Assembly (NCBI GenBank): GCA_002737705.1
Contig: NSIM01000001.1
Coordinates: 66,472 to 130,471, forward strand
DNA length: 64,000 nucleotides
Origin: Flavobacteriales bacterium
GTDB lineage: Bacteria; Bacteroidota; Bacteroidia; NS11-12g; UBA955
Direction of reading: 5' to 3'
Part shown: piece by piece, positions 47,613-56,171 of the stretch
Numbering within the stretch: the stretch's first letter is position 1
Layout: each line of letters opens with the position of its first letter
The notes under the pieces: model-generated
Seen by the model: only the letters and a program-made list of their open reading frames with translations
What the model was told of the DNA's origin: nothing
The model's database searches: none
Position numbers and translations under genes: made by a program

Positions 47613-49007
47613 ATGAATCATTCAGGGTTCAAGTTGGCCTTTGTTTTTTTTGTTGCATTCCTTGGTTCTGGGTGCGCTTTGCTCCGTGCACAAATCATCA
47701 CCAGCAATATGTCTCCTGCCTTCCAATATGTCGATGGAATATTGGCTATTATTGGCGATAAAATCATTATTCAATCTGAATTTGAAACACAAAAAATTGA
47801 ACTTTCTCGTGGAATGGCGATAAAAGATTCCCAGCAATTGTTTTGTAAGGTACTCGAAATGATGATGGTTCAGAAGTTAATGCTTAACCAGGCTGAGATC
47901 GACAGTTTGGTCGTAACTGACGAGGAGGTTGAGAGAGATGTTGACAACCGTATTCGCTCTTTTCAAAATGAGGCAGGTAGCTTGGCTTTACTAGAAAAAT
48001 ATTTGGGCAAAAGCATTGGAGAGTTCAAAAAAGAGATTCGTCCCAAAATTCGGGAACGAATTTTGGTAGACCAAATGAAAAACAAAATTACTTCAGATGT
48101 GCTTATAAGTCCTAGCGAAATAACTTCCTTTTATGATTCTATTCCCCGAGATAGTCTACCCATCATTCAAACCCAGGTTGAGGTGGCGCAATGTATAATA
48201 GAACCATTAATTTCAGATGAGGCCAATGCGTTTGCAAAAGGGCAATTAGAAGAATTGAGGAACCGCATACTGCTGGGCGTAAATTTTGAAAAATTGGCAC
48301 GTACGTATAGTATGGATCCGGGGTCGAAGGACAATGGTGGACTATTGCCAGAGTTTGGGAGGGGGGAGATGGTCCCTGCTTTTGAACGGGTTGCTTTTAA
48401 ACTAAAGCCAGATAGTATTAGCCAAGTATTTGAAAGCCCAAATGGGTTTCATATCATTAAAATGATGAAGCGAAAAGGTGAACGCGTCTTGGTATCTCAT
48501 ATCTTGTTGCGCCCAGAAAATACGAGTTTTGACTACTCGATTGCTTCGCAAAAAGTGGATAGTGTATACCAAATACTGACAAATGGAACCATGACATGGT
48601 GTGATGCAGTCAAAAAATATGCCAGCAAAGAAGTAGTTGGAAATAGAGGCAATTGTGGATTTTTGGTAGATCAAACTACAGGCATACAAAATTCACTCTT
48701 CGAATCTTTACCCCCTGATGTTAAACTTGTGGTTGAAAAGTTGAGTCCTGGCGATTTTTCCAAACCCACCTTAAGCAATACCCCAGATGGACGCAGTGTA
48801 TACCGGATTGTATTTCTTAAATCCTTTACATCGCCTCACCAGGCAAATTTGCTCCAAGATTATAGTTATATCCAATTGCTTGCACATACAGCCAAGAAAA
48901 AAATGGTCTTTGACCAATGGACTGCCAAACAACGAGAAAAAACCTATATACGTATTAAAGGTCGTTCGATGGATTGTAATAACTTAAACAGTTGGAACCA
49001 TGATTAA
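47613..49007 (+). CDS. SurA-like periplasmic peptidyl-prolyl isomerase (paralogue)
   Basis: Signal peptide MNHSGFKLAFVFFVAFLGSGCALLRAQ, SurA N-domain, parvulin blocks (GGLLPEF...GFHIIKM; VSHILLRP). Overlaps the upstream SurA-like gene slightly. Confidence 0.7.
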   Translation: MNHSGFKLAFVFFVAFLGSGCALLRAQIITSNMSPAFQYVDGILAIIGDKIIIQSEFETQKIELSRGMAIKDSQQLFCKVLEMMMVQKLMLNQAEIDSLVVTDEEVERDVDNRIRSFQNEAGSLALLEKYLGKSIGEFKKEIRPKIRERILVDQMKNKITSDVLISPSEITSFYDSIPRDSLPIIQTQVEVAQCIIEPLISDEANAFAKGQLEELRNRILLGVNFEKLARTYSMDPGSKDNGGLLPEFGRGEMVPAFERVAFKLKPDSISQVFESPNGFHIIKMMKRKGERVLVSHILLRPENTSFDYSIASQKVDSVYQILTNGTMTWCDAVKKYASKEVVGNRGNCGFLVDQTTGIQNSLFESLPPDVKLVVEKLSPGDFSKPTLSNTPDGRSVYRIVFLKSFTSPHQANLLQDYSYIQLLAHTAKKKMVFDQWTAKQREKTYIRIKGRSMDCNNLNSWNHD

Positions 49008-49959
49008 TGCCACTGAAAAAGCCCAAGAATTTACCCTAAAAATTGCCCAATTAAAAGCGGAAATTGGCAAGATTATAGTGGGACAGAATGAGGTAGTTGA
49101 TGCCCTTATCAATGCTGTTTTTTGCCATGGGCATGTGTTATTGGTGGGCGTTCCAGGATTAGCCAAGACATTGTTGGTAAAGACATTGTCTCAAATATTG
49201 GACCTGTCCTTTAACCGAATTCAGTTTACACCCGATTTGATGCCATCTGATATTATTGGGAGTGAGATATTGGACGATGAACGGAAATTTTATTTTGTAA
49301 AAGGGCCCATTTTTGCCAATATTATCTTGGCAGATGAAATTAACCGTACGCCACCCAAAACCCAGGCAGCTTTATTAGAGGCCATGCAGGAACGCCAGGT
49401 AACCGTTGCGGGAAATCAGTACAATCTCGACCAACCTTTTTTTGTTTTGGCCACCCAAAATCCCATAGAACAAGAGGGTACTTATCCATTGCCTGAGGCC
49501 CAATTAGATCGATTTATGTTTCAAGTAATACTCGACTATCCTTCGTATGAAGAGGAGGTGCGCATTCTAAAACAAACCACTGGGAACAACCATTCGGCAG
49601 TCAATTCAGTTCTCAATGCTGCCGATATTCAACTGTATCAAGAATTGGTGCGCGAAGTTCCCGTTACCGATTACGTCTATAATCAGGTGGTTGAATTGGT
49701 TCAAAAAACCCGTCCCAATGCAGCAGCAGGACACCCATTGGCGACCAAATATTTGTCTTATGGTGCTGGACCCCGTGCTGGGCAGAATTTAATTTTGGCC
49801 GCAAAATGTCATGCCTTAATGAACGGAAAATACAATGTAGACATGGAAGACATCGTGGCTGTTTCCAAATGGGTTTTGCGGCACCGCTTTGTTCGCAATT
49901 TCAAAGCGGAGGCTGAGGGAATCTCTACAGATCAAATTATTGCTGAGATTTTCAAATAA
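49000..49959 (+). CDS. MoxR-family AAA+ ATPase
   Basis: Walker A GVPGLAKT, Walker B ILADEINR, sensor regions, ~320 aa. 8-bp overlap with the SurA-like gene. Confidence 0.85.
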   Translation: MINATEKAQEFTLKIAQLKAEIGKIIVGQNEVVDALINAVFCHGHVLLVGVPGLAKTLLVKTLSQILDLSFNRIQFTPDLMPSDIIGSEILDDERKFYFVKGPIFANIILADEINRTPPKTQAALLEAMQERQVTVAGNQYNLDQPFFVLATQNPIEQEGTYPLPEAQLDRFMFQVILDYPSYEEEVRILKQTTGNNHSAVNSVLNAADIQLYQELVREVPVTDYVYNQVVELVQKTRPNAAAGHPLATKYLSYGAGPRAGQNLILAAKCHALMNGKYNVDMEDIVAVSKWVLRHRFVRNFKAEAEGISTDQIIAEIFK

Positions 49960-49965
49960 GCATTG

Positions 49966-50601
49966 TTATTTCTTTTTTTCACGGCTTCCAATGACAGAAC
50001 AAATTGGACAATTTCCCGTATTATGACCGCGCGCTTTGCAATACTCCCTTCCAAAAAAAATAATTTGAAGGTGAATTTTATTCCATATTTCAGGATTGAA
50101 AAGTCGTTTGAGGTCACGTTCTGTTTCTATAACTGTATGGGCCGCGCTTAATTTCCAACGGTATGCCAAACGATGTATATGTGTGTCTACTGGGAAAGCA
50201 GGTATTCCAAAGGCCTGAGACATTACCACCGAGGCTGTTTTATGTCCAACAGAAGGCATGGCCTCCAAGGCTTCAAATGATTGGGGCACAGAACCTCCAT
50301 GAAGGTCCATAATCATTTTTGATAATCCCCAAATGCCTTTGCTTTTGGCAGGAGACAATCCGCAGGGTTTGATAATCTCCCGGATTTCTTCTATGCTAAG
50401 TTTTAACATATCTTCCGGGGTTTTGGCAAGCGAAAAAAGCTTAGGGGTAATTTGATTGACTCGAATATCAGTACATTGGGCGCTGAGTAAAACCGATATT
50501 AACAATGTATAAGCATCTGTATGGTCTAAGGGTATTGGGGTTTTTGGGTATAAATTTTCGAGCGTATCGAGGATAAATTGGACGCGTTGCTTTTTATTCA
50601 C
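49966..50601 (-). CDS. nth: endonuclease III (DNA glycosylase/AP lyase)
   Basis: HhH-GPD motif (LEALPSVGHKTASVV), catalytic Lys/Asp, C-terminal 4Fe-4S Cys cluster (C..ARGHNTGNCPIC). Confidence 0.85.
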   Translation of the reverse strand: MNKKQRVQFILDTLENLYPKTPIPLDHTDAYTLLISVLLSAQCTDIRVNQITPKLFSLAKTPEDMLKLSIEEIREIIKPCGLSPAKSKGIWGLSKMIMDLHGGSVPQSFEALEAMPSVGHKTASVVMSQAFGIPAFPVDTHIHRLAYRWKLSAAHTVIETERDLKRLFNPEIWNKIHLQIIFFGREYCKARGHNTGNCPICSVIGSREKKK

Positions 50602-50604
50602 GGA

Positions 50605-51585
50605 TCAGAAGAATTGATATAACAATGGAATTTTTCCCAGCGGGGTATTCGAAAAAGCGCTTGCAATGGTGGCCATTGCGATGGGCTTTTGCAAGGTGTC
50701 TGCGCATTGTTTTTCAAAGACAGAATTTCCATGTTCATCGTTCAGGGAAATAGTGCAAATCATTCCCCTTTCCACTTCCATATTGAGTCGTAAGTCTTGC
50801 GTATGTTCATTGTTTGAATTTGGAAAGGAAATAGTGCGGGTATGAATATAGTTTGGGGAATATCCTAAAATCCATGCTTCGGTTTCGAATTTTTCTGTCT
50901 GCAGGCGTATAATTGAGGTTGTTTCTTGTTCCGAAAACCCAGAGATATTTGCCAATAGCAAGGGGGCTAATGCTTGGCTTAGTTGCACAATACTTTGCTC
51001 TATTTGCATGAGTTGTGGAAAATGGTCTGCAAGATTTGTAACCTCACTGCGGACACTCCTTACGGATCTATCGCTATACGTACCTTCGGTTTGGAGAACC
51101 CTGCTGAGTTTTTTGAGATTCGCATTTAGCAATAAAGTTCCGTGGTGCAATACCCTTTTTTTTTGTTGCATGAGGTGTTGGGCGTTTCCACTGATTTTTT
51201 TCCCTTTGTAAAGCAAATCGTGCCTTTGGCTATAGCTTGTCTCAATGCCCATTTTTAGCAGCGCTTTGCGCACGGGCTCTAAAAATCGTTTGTAATCAAT
51301 GGCATTGTCTAGAGATGTTTCTAGCCCTTGGATAAAGGTAAAATTGACATTGCCCAAGTCTTGGTAAACTGTACCACCGCCGCTAACGCGGCGGGCAGGA
51401 AAAATACCCAATTCTTTGCACAGGGAATAATTAATTTCAGCGCAAATTCCTTGATTTTTCCCACATACCACCGCCGATTGACTTCGCCATAACATGCAAA
51501 TATTTTCTTGGGTATGCTGCAAAAAATACGCTTCTGCTGCAAGGTTAAAGTATACATCCGTAAATGGACTAACAATTAGCCTCAT
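50605..51585 (-). CDS. lplA: lipoate-protein ligase A
   Basis: BPL/LPL catalytic domain ([32 protein letters not shown]) plus a C-terminal domain. Confidence 0.8.
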   Translation of the reverse strand: MRLIVSPFTDVYFNLAAEAYFLQHTQENICMLWRSQSAVVCGKNQGICAEINYSLCKELGIFPARRVSGGGTVYQDLGNVNFTFIQGLETSLDNAIDYKRFLEPVRKALLKMGIETSYSQRHDLLYKGKKISGNAQHLMQQKKRVLHHGTLLLNANLKKLSRVLQTEGTYSDRSVRSVRSEVTNLADHFPQLMQIEQSIVQLSQALAPLLLANISGFSEQETTSIIRLQTEKFETEAWILGYSPNYIHTRTISFPNSNNEHTQDLRLNMEVERGMICTISLNDEHGNSVFEKQCADTLQKPIAMATIASAFSNTPLGKIPLLYQFF

Positions 51586-52331
51586 GGCTCTACACTGGTA
51601 TTTTCATTGCGCCGCAACTCGAAATTTTGCCCTAGGTATACTTTTCTGACCAGGGCGTCGTTTGCGAGTTCTTCGGCGCTCCCGTGCTTTAACAATTTTC
51701 CTTCAAATAATAAATAGGCCCGATCGGTAATGGTGAGGGTCTCCCTCACATTGTGGTCGGTTATAAGTATGCCAATATTTTTCTCTTTGAGTTTGGATAC
51801 AATGTGTTGGATGTCTTCTACGGCAATGGGATCGACGCCTGCGAATGGTTCGTCGAGAAGGATAAATTTTGGGTCCGTTGCCAATGCTCGTGCAATTTCA
51901 GTTCGTCGTCGTTCGCCTCCGCTGAGTACCTTTCCCAAATTCTTTCTAACTTTTTCCAGACCAAATTCAGCGATGAGGGTCTCAAGTTTTTCGGACTGCT
52001 CTAGGATGCTGAGTTTTGTCATTTCGAGTATTGCCTGAATGTTTTCTTCAACACTTAATTCACGGAATACTGAAGCCTCTTGGGGCAAGTAACCAATACC
52101 CTGTTTTGCTCTCTTAAACATTGGCCATGCTGTAATTTCTGTATCACCCAAAAAAACAGATCCCTCATCAGGGCGGACCAAGCCCACAAACATATAAAAC
52201 GAAGTGGTTTTCCCGGCACCATTTGGGCCCAATAAACCTACAATTTCTCCTTGGTTCACTTCAACATTTACGCCATCTACAACGCGTTTGGCGCCGTATT
52301 GCTTTACAAGATTCTCTGCGCGAAGTTTCAT
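51582..52331 (-). CDS. lptB: LPS export ABC transporter ATP-binding protein LptB
   Basis: Walker [10 protein letters not shown], signature LSGGERRR, Walker [12 protein letters not shown], ~245 aa. 4-bp overlap with lplA. Confidence 0.85.
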   Translation of the reverse strand: MKLRAENLVKQYGAKRVVDGVNVEVNQGEIVGLLGPNGAGKTTSFYMFVGLVRPDEGSVFLGDTEITAWPMFKRAKQGIGYLPQEASVFRELSVEENIQAILEMTKLSILEQSEKLETLIAEFGLEKVRKNLGKVLSGGERRRTEIARALATDPKFILLDEPFAGVDPIAVEDIQHIVSKLKEKNIGILITDHNVRETLTITDRAYLLFEGKLLKHGSAEELANDALVRKVYLGQNFELRRNENTSVEP

Positions 52332-52462
52332 GATTACAAAGATAGGATTTTCAACATTGTTCGGCTCTCCCTATCAAAAGGATGGCCGATTAATCTTTTT
52401 TGAAGGCGATTGCCTGTGAAATTTCGATGATTATGGGTGGTTTTCCCGATTGGGATAAAATA

Positions 52463-52497
52463 AAAGGGCTTCCATTGTTTGAAAGCCCTTTTATGGA
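52463..52497. terminator. bidirectional intrinsic-terminator-like hairpin
   Basis: AAAAGGGCTT-ccattgtttga-AAGCCCTTTT: 10-bp perfect stem flanked by an A-run upstream and a T-run downstream, so it can terminate on either strand. Sits between ffs and the lptB promoter region. Confidence 0.45.
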
Positions 52498-52523
52498 TTC
52501 TATTTATTTAGTAACTTTGTATT

Positions 52524-52610
52524 GGCGGTACGGCCAGCTCCCCATTCACTTCCCCAGGGCCGGAAGGCAGCAAGGAAAATGGGTTGTAGCGGCGCGATAC
52601 CGCCTTTTTT
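52524..52610 (+). ncRNA. ffs: signal recognition particle RNA (small/4.5S-type SRP RNA)
   Basis: CCCCAGGGCCGGAAGGCAGCAAGG closely matches the conserved SRP RNA domain-IV core (E. coli AGGUCCGGAAGGAAGCAGCCAAGG) with a GGAA tetraloop. Nested helices CCCAUU/AAUGGG, UUCC/GGAA and terminal GGCGGUA/UACCGCC, followed by a U6 tract. Local GC is well above the flanks. Confidence 0.7.
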
Positions 52611-52668
52611 ATTGAACAGATTTACCCTAATTGTGCGTGAATTACACCAATTTTTTTAGGGCAAATTA

Positions 52669-54090
52669 TTAATAGCGGGTATTTGATTTCTTTGCGCCAT
52701 TGTTTCCAGCACCCCAACGGTTGTTATTGGTATTGGAGTTTCCTCCGCGGTATCGAGTACTTGGCCGACTTTCATTGGCACCTTGGCTGCCGCCATTGCT
52801 GCGATTATCCGAAGAATCTCCGTTGTTTGTGCTGCGCGTCGCATTTCTGTTGCCATAGCCACCACCAGGGTTGCCACCGCGATAATTGCTTTTACTGGCC
52901 GAATAGCCTCGGTGGAAGCTATTGCCCCCGCCACCCCCGCCACCAGAACGGCGTTGTGGTAATTCAATGCGGTAATCATGTTCCATTTCGGTGATACACT
53001 CGCGGCCGTGTACTTTGTATATTTGATCCAAGAGGTTGGCTTCTGAACGATCACAAAAAGAAATTGCAATCCCCTCAGCGCCTGCCCTGCCTGTACGTCC
53101 AATGCGGTGCGTATGTGTATCGGCATCCAATGCCATATCATAGTTTAATACGTAATTCAACTCTTTGATGTCCATTCCACGCGCTGCTACATCAGTTGCA
53201 ATCAGTAATTTTGCCCTTCCGCGTCTAAATGTATCCAAATTGTTCGAACGTTCGCGTTGGCTCTTATCGCCATGAATAGCTACTGCTGAATAGCCATCAA
53301 TTTTGAGACTTTTAACCAATTTGTCGGCTCCGTGTTTTGTTTTTGAGAACACCAACATCGACTCTACTTTTGGGTCTTCGAGCATGTCGCACAACAAATT
53401 GTATTTGTTATTGCGATCTACTGCGAACAACCACTGCGTAATTTTGGGCTTGTCTTCGTCTGCAGGTAAAATATCAATATGCTCTGGATCTACCAACATG
53501 TCGGCAGCCAATTGCTTTATTTCGCGGGGAGCAGTGGCGGAGAACAACAAGGTTTGCTTGCGTTCAGCCAACATCATTTTGCCAATTTCGCGGATATCGG
53601 CAATAAATCCCATGTCTAGCATGCGATCGCACTCGTCTAGTACAAAGGTTTGAATTCCGGAAAGATCGATAAAACCTTGCTCAATCAGATCGAGTAAACG
53701 TCCTGGAGTTGCAATAATTACCTGACAACCACGGCGAATTTCTTGTACCTGGCGCATTTGTGACACACCGCCATAAACCAAGGCGATGCGCAAGTTTGTT
53801 CCACTGGCGTATTTGCGGAAATTATCAGAAATTTGATGTGCCAATTCACGGGTTGGTGCTAACACCAAAGCGTGTGTTTTGCGCTGGGGTGTGTTGATGA
53901 TTTGTTGAATGATAGGGATGGCGAATGCTGCTGTTTTTCCAGTACCCGTGGGGGCTGTGGCAAACAAGTCGCGTCCTTTTAAAATACTTGGAATGGCCAA
54001 TGCTTGGATTGGCGTGGGTGTGGTGTAGCCTTGTTGTAAAACAGACTTCACCAGGGGACTAATTAGTCCCAGGTTTTCGAATGATTGCAT
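52669..54090 (-). CDS. DEAD-box ATP-dependent RNA helicase with Gly/Arg/Asn-rich C-terminal tail
   Basis: Q-motif, Walker A APTGTGKT, DECD (LDECDRM), SAT, HRIGRTGR. The last ~110 aa are low-complexity G/R/N/S-rich. Confidence 0.85.
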   Translation of the reverse strand: MQSFENLGLISPLVKSVLQQGYTTPTPIQALAIPSILKGRDLFATAPTGTGKTAAFAIPIIQQIINTPQRKTHALVLAPTRELAHQISDNFRKYASGTNLRIALVYGGVSQMRQVQEIRRGCQVIIATPGRLLDLIEQGFIDLSGIQTFVLDECDRMLDMGFIADIREIGKMMLAERKQTLLFSATAPREIKQLAADMLVDPEHIDILPADEDKPKITQWLFAVDRNNKYNLLCDMLEDPKVESMLVFSKTKHGADKLVKSLKIDGYSAVAIHGDKSQRERSNNLDTFRRGRAKLLIATDVAARGMDIKELNYVLNYDMALDADTHTHRIGRTGRAGAEGIAISFCDRSEANLLDQIYKVHGRECITEMEHDYRIELPQRRSGGGGGGGNSFHRGYSASKSNYRGGNPGGGYGNRNATRSTNNGDSSDNRSNGGSQGANESRPSTRYRGGNSNTNNNRWGAGNNGAKKSNTRY

Positions 54091-54280
54091 GTATGTTTTT
54101 TTTTACTTTCTATATGCGAAACACTTCTGAGTTAGTGTTTTTATCGCAATCGCACTATAAAGCACGGAAGTAAAAGACTGACTCTAGATGAATTAAGCGC
54201 GGCAAATATACAAAAGAATATGGGATAATTGCTACTAATATTAAAAAATAATGCCGATCAGACCCTAAATTTGAATTTCT

Positions 54281-55915
54281 ATGACTCAACAGAATATTCA
54301 ATTTAATAGAAATGAGGATTTGAATAAGCGTGAATGGGACCTGATAAGCGCACGTTTACAAAAGATTTATAGTGGGGGTGGAGAGAAGGCATCAGCCAAA
54401 CAAAAAGAAAAAGGCAAGATGTTGTGTAGGGAGCGGGTAGAATATCTGCGCGACGAGAATACAGAGTGGATAGAATTGGGTGCATTTGCAGGATATGAGA
54501 TGTATCCTGAGCATGGGGGTTGCCCGGCTGGTGGTGTGGTTACTGGCATCGGATATGTGGGTGGACGACAATGTGTGATCGTGGCCAATGACCCAACGGT
54601 AAAAGCTGGTGCCTGGTTTCCGATCACAGGAAAAAAGAATCTGCGTGCCCAAGAAATCGCGATGGAAAATCGGCTACCCATTGTCTATTTGGTAGACAGT
54701 GCAGGGATATTTTTGCCTTTACAAGAAGATATTTTTGCCGATAAAGAACATTTTGGCAGGATGTTTCGCAACAATGCCAAAATGAGCGCCATGGGAATTG
54801 TCCAAATTGCGGCAGTCATGGGAAGCTGTGTAGCCGGGGGTGCGTATTTGCCGATTATGAGCGATGAAGCGCTCATCGTTGAAGGGACTGGCAGTATTTT
54901 CTTGGCAGGCAGTTATTTGGTAAAGGCAGCGATTGGAGAAGAAATAGACAATGAATCATTGGGTGGAGCCGCAACACAAACAGAAATTTCTGGAATCATT
55001 GACGACAAATTTCCCGATGATAAAAGTTGTTTGGATCGGATACGCTATATCATGGATAAAATTGGCAAATACGCGGAAGCAGGATTTAGTCGTGTTAAGC
55101 CCAAGCTTCCTAACAAGAACATGTCGGATATTTGGGGAATTCTTCCCAATGAGCGCAACAAACCGTATGACAGTGCCGAATTGATTTCTCGTATGGTAGA
55201 TGATGGTATTTTTGAGCAATACAAACAGGGATATGGCAAATCAATTTTGTGTGGATATGCCCGTATCGATGGCTGGGCGGTGGGCATCGTGGCAAATAAT
55301 AGACAAATCGTCAAGAGTAAAAAAGGTGAAATGCAGTTTGGTGGCGTGATTTATTCTGACAGTGCCGATAAATCGGCACGGTTTATCATGAATTGCAACC
55401 AAAAGAAAATCCCCTTGGTTTTTTTGCAAGATGTAACCGGATTTATGGTTGGAAGCAGAAGCGAGCAAGGAGGCATCATCAAGGATGGGGCAAAAATGGT
55501 GATGGCCATGAGTAACAGTACAGTACCGAAATTTACAGTCATCATGGGAAATAGTTATGGTGCTGGAAATTATGCGATGTGTGGTAAGGCATATGATCCC
55601 CGATTGATTGTGGCTTGGCCTGGAGCAAAAATTGCGGTGATGGGAGGAGAGCAAGCCGCAAAAACATTGTTGCAGATTGAAAAAGCGAATTTAAAAGCCA
55701 GGGGTGAAATCATCGATCCAACCGTTGAAAAAGAATTGTTGGCCCAAATAACAGACCGATACAATTCACAAACTACGCCTTACTACGCAGCAGCGAGATT
55801 GTGGGTTGATGCCATCATTTCACCCATGGATACTCGAAAATGGATTTCAATGGGTATTGAAGCTGCAAACCATGCACCTGTTATGCCATTTAATCCAGGC
55901 ATTTTGCAGACATGA
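54281..55915 (+). CDS. acyl-CoA carboxylase carboxyltransferase subunit (methylcrotonoyl-CoA carboxylase β-like)
   Basis: Carboxyl-transferase N- and C-domains. Strong block similarity to the MCCC2-type β chain, from memory (GGVVTGIGYVGGRQCVIVANDPTVKAGAWFPIT; AVMGSCVAGGAYLP). Confidence 0.8.
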   Translation: MTQQNIQFNRNEDLNKREWDLISARLQKIYSGGGEKASAKQKEKGKMLCRERVEYLRDENTEWIELGAFAGYEMYPEHGGCPAGGVVTGIGYVGGRQCVIVANDPTVKAGAWFPITGKKNLRAQEIAMENRLPIVYLVDSAGIFLPLQEDIFADKEHFGRMFRNNAKMSAMGIVQIAAVMGSCVAGGAYLPIMSDEALIVEGTGSIFLAGSYLVKAAIGEEIDNESLGGAATQTEISGIIDDKFPDDKSCLDRIRYIMDKIGKYAEAGFSRVKPKLPNKNMSDIWGILPNERNKPYDSAELISRMVDDGIFEQYKQGYGKSILCGYARIDGWAVGIVANNRQIVKSKKGEMQFGGVIYSDSADKSARFIMNCNQKKIPLVFLQDVTGFMVGSRSEQGGIIKDGAKMVMAMSNSTVPKFTVIMGNSYGAGNYAMCGKAYDPRLIVAWPGAKIAVMGGEQAAKTLLQIEKANLKARGEIIDPTVEKELLAQITDRYNSQTTPYYAAARLWVDAIISPMDTRKWISMGIEAANHAPVMPFNPGILQT

Positions 55916-56171
55916 TTTATCTGGCAATTCTTAGCTTGGGGGTGAATGAAATATAATTTGCACCTGTTGATTGTTTTCTGCAAAAAATTTCTACTTGTGT
56001 GCTGAGATGTTGTATCTGTTGTCAAGAATTCTCGGCTGGAGTATGCCGGTTTTTGGTTTCTTCTACTGCAATTAAATTCTTGAAGTTCTGGGTCTATAGC
56101 CCATAATTTCGCCCTATTTTTGCGGTATTGCGTAAGATTCTTTAAGTATAGGTGCGTGAATACAAAAACAC

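Noticed and set aside
52400-52615. 71-aa ORF (MKAIACEISMIMGG...) on the + strand
   Set aside because: It is better explained as the SRP RNA gene plus its upstream hairpin. It has no RBS-like context and an odd composition.
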